From: an uncultured Bryobacteraceae bacterium
GTDB lineage: Bacteria > Acidobacteriota > Terriglobia > Bryobacterales > Bryobacteraceae
Direction: 5' to 3'
DNA length: 46,594 nucleotides
Assembly (NCBI GenBank): GCA_964247955.1
Contig: CAXTWT010000002.1
Location: 1-46,594 of the forward strand
In this document: in pieces, positions 36,044 through 43,463 of the stretch
Numbering within the stretch: position 1 is the stretch's first letter
How the letters are laid out: each line of letters begins with the position of its first letter
Notes under the pieces: generated by a model
Told to the model about the DNA's origin: nothing
What the model saw: the letters and a program-made list of their open reading frames with translations, nothing else
Databases searched by the model: none
Translations under genes and position numbers: made by a program

Positions 36044-36469
36044 ATGCAATCCAGTGTGAACACTGCCCCGCTGCGCATCCGCAACGGGGCGCTCAGTTAT
36101 CTTTCGCTTTTTACATCGCTCAGTACGTTACTGTGCTGCGCTCTACCTTCCTTGTTCGTGCTGTTCGGACTCGGGGCTACGGTGGTCTCGGTACTGTCGG
36201 CGGCTCCGTGGCTGGTCACGATGTCCCATCACAAACATTGGGTGTTCCTCGGGGCAGGTCTTCTGATCTCCGGCAACTTCGTTTATGTTTACGCCGTTGC
36301 CCCGAGACTGCAGGCAAGAAACGGGGCCTGCGACCCCAACGACCCCGCCGCCTGCCGGACGGCCAGCCGGTTCAGCCGAATCGTGCTTTGGTGCTCGGCG
36401 GTTCTCTATCTGATCGGCTGCTTTACCGCGTACCTGCTCGGACCGCTTCTGATTCGCTTCGACTCGTAA
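36044..36469 (+). CDS. MerT-like three-TM metal transport protein
   Basis: 141 aa. TM1 carries the vicinal pair LLCCALPSLFVLFGLG (MerT: STCCLGPLVLVALGF). A second Cys pair, GACDPNDPAAC, lies in the loop before TM3 (MerT: QACKPGEVCA). Confidence 0.7.
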   Translation: MQSSVNTAPLRIRNGALSYLSLFTSLSTLLCCALPSLFVLFGLGATVVSVLSAAPWLVTMSHHKHWVFLGAGLLISGNFVYVYAVAPRLQARNGACDPNDPAACRTASRFSRIVLWCSAVLYLIGCFTAYLLGPLLIRFDS

Positions 36470-36533
36470 GCAGTCCCTTCTCACTGGGCCGTTACACCGG
36501 AGCAGTCGAAAAGAGAAGCTCGAAATCGCGCGG

Positions 36534-37745
36534 CTAATAAATCACGAGAAATCCACGCGGCTGGGCTACCACCGCGCCGAAGCTCCAGGTCGGCACCCCC
36601 GCTGCCGATGCCTTCTGCCCGATGGGTTTGCCGTTCGCATCGTAGAGCTGCCAGGCCAACGAGCCGCCGCGAGCCCAGCCCGTCGCCTCGGTCCAGACCA
36701 GCAGCGTTGTGCCGTCCGCCTCACTCGCGAGGCGCGGGTGTTTGTGGCCCTTCCTCTCTCCCGGTGCGCTGCCGGGAGTGGCGGTTTTATCGGTGAGATC
36801 GGCGAAGTAAACCTGCCCGCCCGTTTCCCATGCTCCTTTGATGCGGCCCGCCGCTTCCGAAAAGGCCATGCTGCTCATCGGGCAGGCATTTACTTCCCAG
36901 GGGTGCAGCATTCTTTCTTCAAAACTTCGGGCCTGATCGGAGGAGGTGAGGAGATAAATGTCACGGTGAACGTTGTCCGTGGCCGATCGGTACAGGATGC
37001 GCACAACTCCCTTCGCATCCACCTCCATGGCCATGCCGCAACACCCGCAGGCACCCGTGGGTTCTTTCCCAGCGGCCCGCTCGACCGTGAACGTTTTTCC
37101 GTCGTTGTTCGAGCGAGCGATCCATACTTGTCGTCCGGCTTCTCCCGCCGCCGCGCCGGGCGCTTTGCCCTGCCACACCACGTAGACATAACCAGTTGTA
37201 TCCGCCGCCAGGGTACCGCCGCCATCGAGACCAAAGGTATGGGTCATCAAGTTGCGTTCCGGCTCGAACGCCGTACGCGCATCGTTGAGGCGGCTATAGA
37301 GCATCGGTGCGCCGGGTTGTCCCGATTCAGAGTTGACTGGTCCTTTCGGTTCTGCTTGCGAGGAACCATTCCAGGCAACATGAACCCGGCCGTTTCTGCC
37401 GATGGCGAGCTGGCCGCCACGAATGGTGCCGACCGCCATCGCCGTACCCGCTTGGCTATTGACACGCAGCGGAGACGACCAAGTGCGGCCCGCATCAGAG
37501 GACTGGACATAGAACAGGTCGCCATGCGCCGGATCTCCCGCATAGTAGAGTAAGTGCAGCGTGCCGGAGGAGTCCCTCACCGCTTGCGGCTGAATCCCGC
37601 CATTCGGGACACGGAGGAGGGAGACGTTTGTCGTTCCAGGTCGATCCGGAAAAGCAGCAAATAGGGACACCGGGCCCAGCACCAACGAAACAACTCTCAT
37701 GAACATCACAGTTTTCAGCGTGGCTCTGTCCTTTGGGTTTGTCAT
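36534..37745 (-). CDS. Secreted BNR/Asp-box beta-propeller protein (sialidase-like fold)
   Basis: Signal-like MFMRVVSLVLGPVSLFAAFP (alternative start near 37706). Asp-boxes are SSDAGRTWS, SNNDGKTFT and SSDQARSFE. There is an unusual Cys cluster TGACGCCGMAM. Confidence 0.7.
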   Translation of the reverse strand: MTNPKDRATLKTVMFMRVVSLVLGPVSLFAAFPDRPGTTNVSLLRVPNGGIQPQAVRDSSGTLHLLYYAGDPAHGDLFYVQSSDAGRTWSSPLRVNSQAGTAMAVGTIRGGQLAIGRNGRVHVAWNGSSQAEPKGPVNSESGQPGAPMLYSRLNDARTAFEPERNLMTHTFGLDGGGTLAADTTGYVYVVWQGKAPGAAAGEAGRQVWIARSNNDGKTFTVERAAGKEPTGACGCCGMAMEVDAKGVVRILYRSATDNVHRDIYLLTSSDQARSFEERMLHPWEVNACPMSSMAFSEAAGRIKGAWETGGQVYFADLTDKTATPGSAPGERKGHKHPRLASEADGTTLLVWTEATGWARGGSLAWQLYDANGKPIGQKASAAGVPTWSFGAVVAQPRGFLVIY

Positions 37746-37801
37746 GCATCAGCTCTTCCTAACGTTGTTGGTACTAGTAAGTTGAGGTTCGGCCTGCCTC
37801 A

Positions 37802-40528
37802 TCACAGCTTGGCCTTTCGCAAGCGCAAGGCGTTTACAATGACTGATACCGAACTGAAGGTCATCGCGGCGCTTGCGATCATCGGGCTGAGCAGAATGCC
37901 AAAGAAGGGATACAGAACTCCCGCCGCAATCGGGACTCCCAGCACGTTGTAAATAAAAGAGAAGAACAGATTCTGGCGAATGTTGCGCATGGTCGCGCGG
38001 CTTAAGCGGAGCGCGCGCGCCACGCCGCGCAGATCACCTTGCACAAGCGTAACCCCGGCGCTTTCCATGGCGACATCGGTTCCCGTGCCCATGGCGATGC
38101 CGATATCCGCTTGGGCCAGAGCCGGAGCGTCGTTCACGCCATCTCCGGCCATCGCCACCACCTGACCAGCTGCTTGCCGTTTTTTGACCGCTTCCGCTTT
38201 TCCTTCCGGCAACATCTCTGCTTCCACATCGTCGATGCCTAGACGTTGGGCGACCGCCAGCGCCGTGGTCCGGCTGTCCCCGGTGAGCATGGTCAGGCGC
38301 ACTTTTTCGCGATGCAGCATTGCCACGGCTTCGAGCGTAGAAGACTTGATCGGGTCAGCCACGCCGACCAAGCCGGCGGGCTGGCCGTCTACCGCCACCA
38401 GCATCACTGATTGCCCTTCGGAGCGGAGTTTCTCGGCTTCCGTCGATAAGCCGTCAGTACGGATGCCGAACTGCTCCAGCAAGGCGCGGTTTCCGAGCAA
38501 AACCAGATGACCGTCCACGGCGCCCCGGACTCCTTTGCCGGTCAGCGAGGCAAATTCGGTCGCCTTGGGCAGGGTGAGATGCCGTGCCTTTGCCCCACTG
38601 ACAATCGCTTGCGCCAACGGATGTTCGCTCGCCTGTTCGAGACTCGCCACGAGCGTGAGTAGTTCGTTTTCCTCACCCGCCTTTGATAACGAAAGAACCG
38701 TGGTCAGTTTGGGTTTGCCTTCGGTTAACGTGCCCGTTTTGTCCACCACGAGCGTGTTCATTTTCTCCAGCCGTTCGAGCGCTTCCGCATTCCGCACCAG
38801 CACACCGGCCGTCGCGCCGCGGCCGGTGCCGACCATGATGGACATCGGCGTAGCAAGTCCTAAGGCGCAGGGACAGGCGATAATGAGCACCGCGACGGCA
38901 TTGACAAAGGCATGGCCGAGACGCGGTTCCGGTCCCCAGAGTGCCCACGCCGCAAAGGTCAGAACAGCGGCCAACACCACAGCCGGAACAAAATAGGAAG
39001 CCACGGCATCCGCCAAGCGCTGAATCGGCGCGCGGCTCCGCTGCGCTTCGCTTACGAGACGCACGATCCGGCTTAAAAGCGTATCACGGCCGACGCGTTC
39101 GGCTCGCATCAGAAAGCTGCCCGTTCCATTCACGGTGCCGCCAGTGACGCGCGTGCCCGCCGTTTTCTCGACCGGAATCGGTTCACCGGTCATCATGGAC
39201 TCATCGACGGAACTATTTCCCTCGGTCACCGCGCCGTCTACCGGGACCTTTTCTCCGGGACGAACGCGCAGGGCGTTGCCAATCTGGATTTGTTCGAGGG
39301 GCACGTCCCGTTCTTCACCCGAGGCGTCCACCACCCGAGCGGTTTTCGGTGCCAGACCCAGGAGGGACTTCAAGGCGCTGCTCGTTTGGCTACGGGCGCG
39401 CAACTCCAGAACTTGGCCTAGCAGAACCAGAGTCACAATCACCGCCGCCGGTTCAAAATAAAGAGGTACTTGGTCCGCATGAACCCGGAACGAGGCGGGA
39501 ATCACAAAGGGGAAAAGCAGGGCGACAAGACTGAACAGATAGGAAGCGCCCGTTCCCAAGGCAATCAGGGTGAACATGTTCAGATGACGGTTGACCACCG
39601 AAGCCCAGCCCCGCTCGAAAAACGGCCAGCCGCCCCACAGCACGATGGGGGTCGCCAAGGCAAATTGCAGCCAGCCCGTTAGGATGGTCGAAAGCCGGTG
39701 CGCTCCCGGAATCATGTCAAGAACCATGAAAATCAAAAGGGGAGCGGTCAGGAGGGCGCTGATCCGGAGCCGTCGAGTCATATCGGCCAACTCGGGATTC
39801 ACTTCCTCTCCGGTGACTTCGCGCGGCTCTAAGGCCATTCCGCAAATCGGACAAGAACCGGGCTCACTCCGCACAATTTCGGGGTGCATAGGGCACGTGT
39901 ATTCCGTGCGAGTGGCGGGCAGCTGAAAGGTCGCGGGCTCAAGCGCCATGCCGCACTTTGGGCAGGCGCCCGGCTCCCGCCGGCGCACCTCCGGGTCCAT
40001 GGGACAGGTGTACTCAACATCTTGTGTGCCAGCCGGGGCCGCACTCGCCGCTGTCTCGGGTGCTAAATACTTCTCGGGACTTATTTTGAATTTGTCGAGA
40101 CAGGAGGAACTACAAAAGTAGTACCGCGTTCCTCCGTGCTCGACCGTGCCGACAGCATCCTGCTCCTCGATATCCATCCCGCAGACAGGATCGTGATGAA
40201 GAACCGGAGTGGTCTCCGCCGCTGGCTTTGCGACCGTCTTTGCCCCTCCACGCAGGGGAACAATCGTTTGCTTCGCTGCCTGCTCGTCTCCGCAGCCACA
40301 TCCACAATGACTCTGGCCTACCACCGGAAGCGCCGAGGAGCGGTTGACATAGTGAGCTGGATTCTGTTCAAACTGCTGCCCGCAACGCGGACAGCAGAAG
40401 TAATAGTCCTTGCCTTCATAGCTGACATGACCAGCCGCTGTCTTTTCCTTCACCAGCATCCCGCAAACGGGATCTTGGAGAGCTGGCTTTTGCGCGACGT
40501 TCATAACCTTCTCTTTCCAGGCATCCAC
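37802..40528 (-). CDS. copA: Copper-translocating P1B-type ATPase with YHS/TRASH and CPxxP..CPxCGM N-terminal metal-binding domains
   Basis: 908 aa with TGEP, CPC ([13 protein letters not shown]), [17 protein letters not shown] and MLTGD motifs. The N-terminus has two PVCGM...YYFC..C...F...P modules and two YTCPM(D/H)PE...CP.CGMALEP modules, and no ferredoxin-fold HMA domain. Confidence 0.95.
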   Translation of the reverse strand: MDAWKEKVMNVAQKPALQDPVCGMLVKEKTAAGHVSYEGKDYYFCCPRCGQQFEQNPAHYVNRSSALPVVGQSHCGCGCGDEQAAKQTIVPLRGGAKTVAKPAAETTPVLHHDPVCGMDIEEQDAVGTVEHGGTRYYFCSSSCLDKFKISPEKYLAPETAASAAPAGTQDVEYTCPMDPEVRRREPGACPKCGMALEPATFQLPATRTEYTCPMHPEIVRSEPGSCPICGMALEPREVTGEEVNPELADMTRRLRISALLTAPLLIFMVLDMIPGAHRLSTILTGWLQFALATPIVLWGGWPFFERGWASVVNRHLNMFTLIALGTGASYLFSLVALLFPFVIPASFRVHADQVPLYFEPAAVIVTLVLLGQVLELRARSQTSSALKSLLGLAPKTARVVDASGEERDVPLEQIQIGNALRVRPGEKVPVDGAVTEGNSSVDESMMTGEPIPVEKTAGTRVTGGTVNGTGSFLMRAERVGRDTLLSRIVRLVSEAQRSRAPIQRLADAVASYFVPAVVLAAVLTFAAWALWGPEPRLGHAFVNAVAVLIIACPCALGLATPMSIMVGTGRGATAGVLVRNAEALERLEKMNTLVVDKTGTLTEGKPKLTTVLSLSKAGEENELLTLVASLEQASEHPLAQAIVSGAKARHLTLPKATEFASLTGKGVRGAVDGHLVLLGNRALLEQFGIRTDGLSTEAEKLRSEGQSVMLVAVDGQPAGLVGVADPIKSSTLEAVAMLHREKVRLTMLTGDSRTTALAVAQRLGIDDVEAEMLPEGKAEAVKKRQAAGQVVAMAGDGVNDAPALAQADIGIAMGTGTDVAMESAGVTLVQGDLRGVARALRLSRATMRNIRQNLFFSFIYNVLGVPIAAGVLYPFFGILLSPMIASAAMTFSSVSVIVNALRLRKAKL

Positions 40529-40564
40529 ACGATTCCGGTGAGGATGCCCTTTACCTGCTAACGC

Positions 40565-40711
40565 TTACTTCCCGGCATACTGCGCCGGGTTGGCATCAAA
40601 CTTTTTCTGGCATCCGGCAGAACAGAAGTAATACGTTTTCCCTTTGTATTCGCTCTGACCGGCTGCTTTCTTCGGATCGACCTGCATGCCGCAAACAGGA
40701 TCTTTCTGCAT
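40565..40711 (-). CDS. Small YHS/TRASH-domain metal-binding protein (48 aa; below the ORF-track cutoff)
   Basis: I translated the minus strand by hand: MQKDPVCGMQVDPKKAAGQSEYKGKTYYFCSAGCQKKFDANPAQYAGK*. The ATG is preceded by GGAAGGAGGTG. It lies between csoR and copA. Confidence 0.8.
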   Translation of the reverse strand: MQKDPVCGMQVDPKKAAGQSEYKGKTYYFCSAGCQKKFDANPAQYAGK

Positions 40712-40755
40712 GCGCTTCACCTCCTTCCATCCCCTCCCGTGAGCGCCGGCTTTGC

Positions 40756-41136
40756 CTAACGCAGGTGTTTGTAAATCAGCTCCAGCAGTTCTTCCTGCTG
40801 CGCTGTCGCTTGTTCCTCATTGCCGCTGCGAATGGCTTGCGCGGCGCAATGCTGCAGATGGTTTTGCATCAACGCTCGCGAGACGCCGCGCAAAGCTTCC
40901 TGGACCGAGGCAATCTGAACCACAATATCCGCGCAGTAACGTTCTTCGTCCACCATCTTTTGTAGACCCCGGATCTGTCCTTCGATGCGACGCAGCCGCC
41001 GCAAGTTGGACTGCTTGATTTCTGGATTGACAGCGACGGCTTTTCGCTCCGCTGCATTCCAAGAACAGGCACAAGGAACTGGCTCCGGAGGAGCAACCGA
41101 AGGGGATGCCTCTGCTACTCGCTTGATTGGTTTCAC
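40756..41136 (-). CDS. csoR: CsoR/RcnR-family metal-sensing repressor (Cu-type C-H-C ligand set)
   Basis: The core reads NLRRLRRIEGQIRGLQKMVDEERYCADIVVQIASVQEALRGVSRALMQNHLQHCA. It has a ~40-aa N-terminal extension and a GTG start. Confidence 0.88.
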   Translation of the reverse strand: MKPIKRVAEASPSVAPPEPVPCACSWNAAERKAVAVNPEIKQSNLRRLRRIEGQIRGLQKMVDEERYCADIVVQIASVQEALRGVSRALMQNHLQHCAAQAIRSGNEEQATAQQEELLELIYKHLR

Positions 41137-41145
41137 TCTGCTTGC

Positions 41146-41174
41146 ATGATATACCCCCTCCCCCTATTTGTCAA
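41146..41174 (-). promoter_or_regulatory. Near-consensus sigma-70 promoter with embedded G-tract operator for the csoR-YHS-copA operon
   Basis: Minus strand: TTGACA (41174-41169), a 17-nt spacer AATAGGGGGAGGGGGTA, then TATCAT (41151-41146). The spacer holds ATA-G5-A-G5-TAT (41151-41167). The -10 element ends 9 nt before the GTG, implying a leaderless or near-leaderless transcript. Confidence 0.55.
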
Positions 41175-41355
41175 GAAGTTGATTAGCACCCACGATGGGC
41201 TATGGCCGGAAAACCTGTTACTCGAGAATGGATCGCCAGCTTCGAGAAAGGGGAGCGAAAACAATCCATTTTGGCGCCTCTCAACGGCTGGATTCTGCGT
41301 CCAAATAAATACCCGGCAGGAGTATGCAGAACGTGTTACTGTCGAAGGTAGGGAT

Positions 41356-41730
41356 ATGAATCGGCGCGGCATACAGTTGGTTGTTCTTCTGTTGGTGACG
41401 GCTTTGTTTGCCGGCTCCCAGTGCCTTGCTTCGTGCCTCCTCGCAGCAGAAGCGAGCCCTTCTCCCTGTTGCCATCAGCATTCCCATTCGCATCCAGGAA
41501 AGACGGATCAGCATTGCGGGCAGCAACACCCGCCGTACTTTAGTCCCGAGCATACGGATGATCTGGAGAAAAGTAGCTTTGCTTCGACAGCCGGGTTGCC
41601 CTTTCCGGTCACAGTCTCCTCGGCGCAGGCCCTCACCAGCACGTTCTTTCATTCTTGGGGGAGCCTAGGGGAGCGCGGGGTGTCTCCCGGTGCAAGCATC
41701 TATCTGTCCTTATCCACTCTGCGCATTTAG
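41356..41730 (+). CDS. Small N-terminally anchored Cys/His-rich protein (paralogue of 34205..34564)
   Basis: MNRRGIQLVVLLLVTALFAGSQCLASC...SPCCHQHSHSHPGKTDQHCGQQH...GLPFPVTVSS...IYLSLSTLRI*. It sits immediately upstream of the multicopper oxidase. Confidence 0.6.
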   Translation: MNRRGIQLVVLLLVTALFAGSQCLASCLLAAEASPSPCCHQHSHSHPGKTDQHCGQQHPPYFSPEHTDDLEKSSFASTAGLPFPVTVSSAQALTSTFFHSWGSLGERGVSPGASIYLSLSTLRI

Positions 41731-41864
41731 ACTTCTTTCCCTATCACTTTTATTAGGCGCTCGGTCCGGCTGACACCGCTGTGCGGAGCCATGCCGAGGC
41801 ACCGGGGCGAATTACGCCTTGCTTTCGTATTGAATTCATCAGATTGGAAGTGGGAAAGAGAATT

Positions 41865-43439
41865 ATGAGTCATCGTCGGAATTTTTTTCGAAATACGTTC
41901 GGTCTGGGAGCCGGGTTGTTCTCGCTCTCGCAAGCCGGTGCTGCCCAGGAAGGGCATGACAGGCGGCAGCATCAACAGATGCAAAGCACCGCAGCGGAGA
42001 AGTTGAAAGACAGCCAAGCAGCAGGTCCCTCGGTCCTGGTACAAACTCCCGATTTGAAGGACTTGCCTTTCACTGTGGATAACGGCGTGAAGGTATTTCA
42101 CTTGATTGCAGAACCAGTGCGGCAACAGATTGCGCCGAATAAAACCATTGATGTTTGGGGGTTCAACGGCAGCGCGCCGGGACCCACCATTCAGGTGACG
42201 CAGGGAGATCGCGTTCGCATCATCTTCGATAATCATTTGCCCGAGCCGACCTCCATGCACTGGCATGGTTTTGAGATTCCCATTAGCATGGACGGAATGC
42301 CGGGCATTAGCCAGGACCCGGTCAAGCCGGGGGGACGCTTTGTGTACGAATTCACCCTGCACCAGGAGGGAACGTATTTCTATCACTCGCACTTGGCGAT
42401 GCAGGAAATGATGGGTATGTTGGGCGCGTTCATCATGCATCCCAAGGTGCCTTATGCGCCTCAGATCGACAAGGACTTCGTCATCATGCTGCAAGAGTAT
42501 GCGGTGTTACCGAACAATACGGTGCCGAACACTATGAATATGGAGTTCAACTGGCTCGTGTTCAATGGAAAAGCCGCTCCCGCTACCACTCCCTTAGTGG
42601 TGAAATTGGGAGATCGCGTCCGAGTTCGCCTCATTAACTTAGGAATGGATCACCATCCCATTCACCTGCATGGCCACACCTTCTACGTCACCGGAACCGA
42701 AGGGGGACGGATTCCCGAATCGGCTTGGTTCCCCGGCAATACTGCCCTGGTGGGTGTCGCGCAGTCTCGCGACTTTGAATTTGTGGCGAATAACCCAGGA
42801 GCCTGGATGCTGCACTGTCATCTGCCGCATCACATGATGAACCAGATGTCGTCGAATGTGGGGCCGATGTCGCGGATGGGCCGGGGTATGCCAGCCGGTG
42901 TCGACATGAATAATGGCATGGGCATGCTGAACGGCACGCCCGGAGCTCCGGGCGGCGAGGATTACGGCCCCAGTCTGGGTCGTGGCTTAGGGGTAGGTTC
43001 GACGAACGATCAACCGGTTGCTAATACCCCGCTTTCCCCAGAGAAAGCAAGGGCGGCGATGCAGGGAATGCAGCATGACATGGCCAGCATGCCGGGGATA
43101 GATCACAGCAAAATGGGCGGCATGAGTGGCATGGACCACAGCAAAATGGGCGGCATGGAGCACGGCGGCATGAACATGGATCTGGGCGACGATGTGGCCA
43201 AGAACGCCAACAGTGTGCCCGGCTTCCCGCAGGACGCCTATATGGAAGGTCCCATGATGAACATGGACAACCTGGTCGTGAGACCGCAGAACTACGGTTT
43301 GCGTCCGGGCTGGAGCGGCTTCATGCAGGGAATGATGAGTTTTGTGCGCGTACTGCCTCCGGACGAGTACGACCAGGTGATGGAGCAAATGCGCCAAGGC
43401 TTGCCGATGACTATGCCGGGCATGCAGCACTCGATGTAG
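41865..43439 (+). CDS. Multicopper oxidase (CopA/PcoA-like) with Tat signal and Met-rich C-terminal region
   Basis: Twin-arginine signal MSHRRNFFRNTFGLGAGLF. Copper ligand motifs are HWHG, HSH, HPIHLHGH and HCHLPHHM. The Met/His-rich stretch is MPGIDHSKMGGMSGMDHSKMGGMEHGGMNMD. Confidence 0.93.
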   Translation: MSHRRNFFRNTFGLGAGLFSLSQAGAAQEGHDRRQHQQMQSTAAEKLKDSQAAGPSVLVQTPDLKDLPFTVDNGVKVFHLIAEPVRQQIAPNKTIDVWGFNGSAPGPTIQVTQGDRVRIIFDNHLPEPTSMHWHGFEIPISMDGMPGISQDPVKPGGRFVYEFTLHQEGTYFYHSHLAMQEMMGMLGAFIMHPKVPYAPQIDKDFVIMLQEYAVLPNNTVPNTMNMEFNWLVFNGKAAPATTPLVVKLGDRVRVRLINLGMDHHPIHLHGHTFYVTGTEGGRIPESAWFPGNTALVGVAQSRDFEFVANNPGAWMLHCHLPHHMMNQMSSNVGPMSRMGRGMPAGVDMNNGMGMLNGTPGAPGGEDYGPSLGRGLGVGSTNDQPVANTPLSPEKARAAMQGMQHDMASMPGIDHSKMGGMSGMDHSKMGGMEHGGMNMDLGDDVAKNANSVPGFPQDAYMEGPMMNMDNLVVRPQNYGLRPGWSGFMQGMMSFVRVLPPDEYDQVMEQMRQGLPMTMPGMQHSM

Positions 43440-43463
43440 AGCCGGGGAAAACAGAAAGACACC

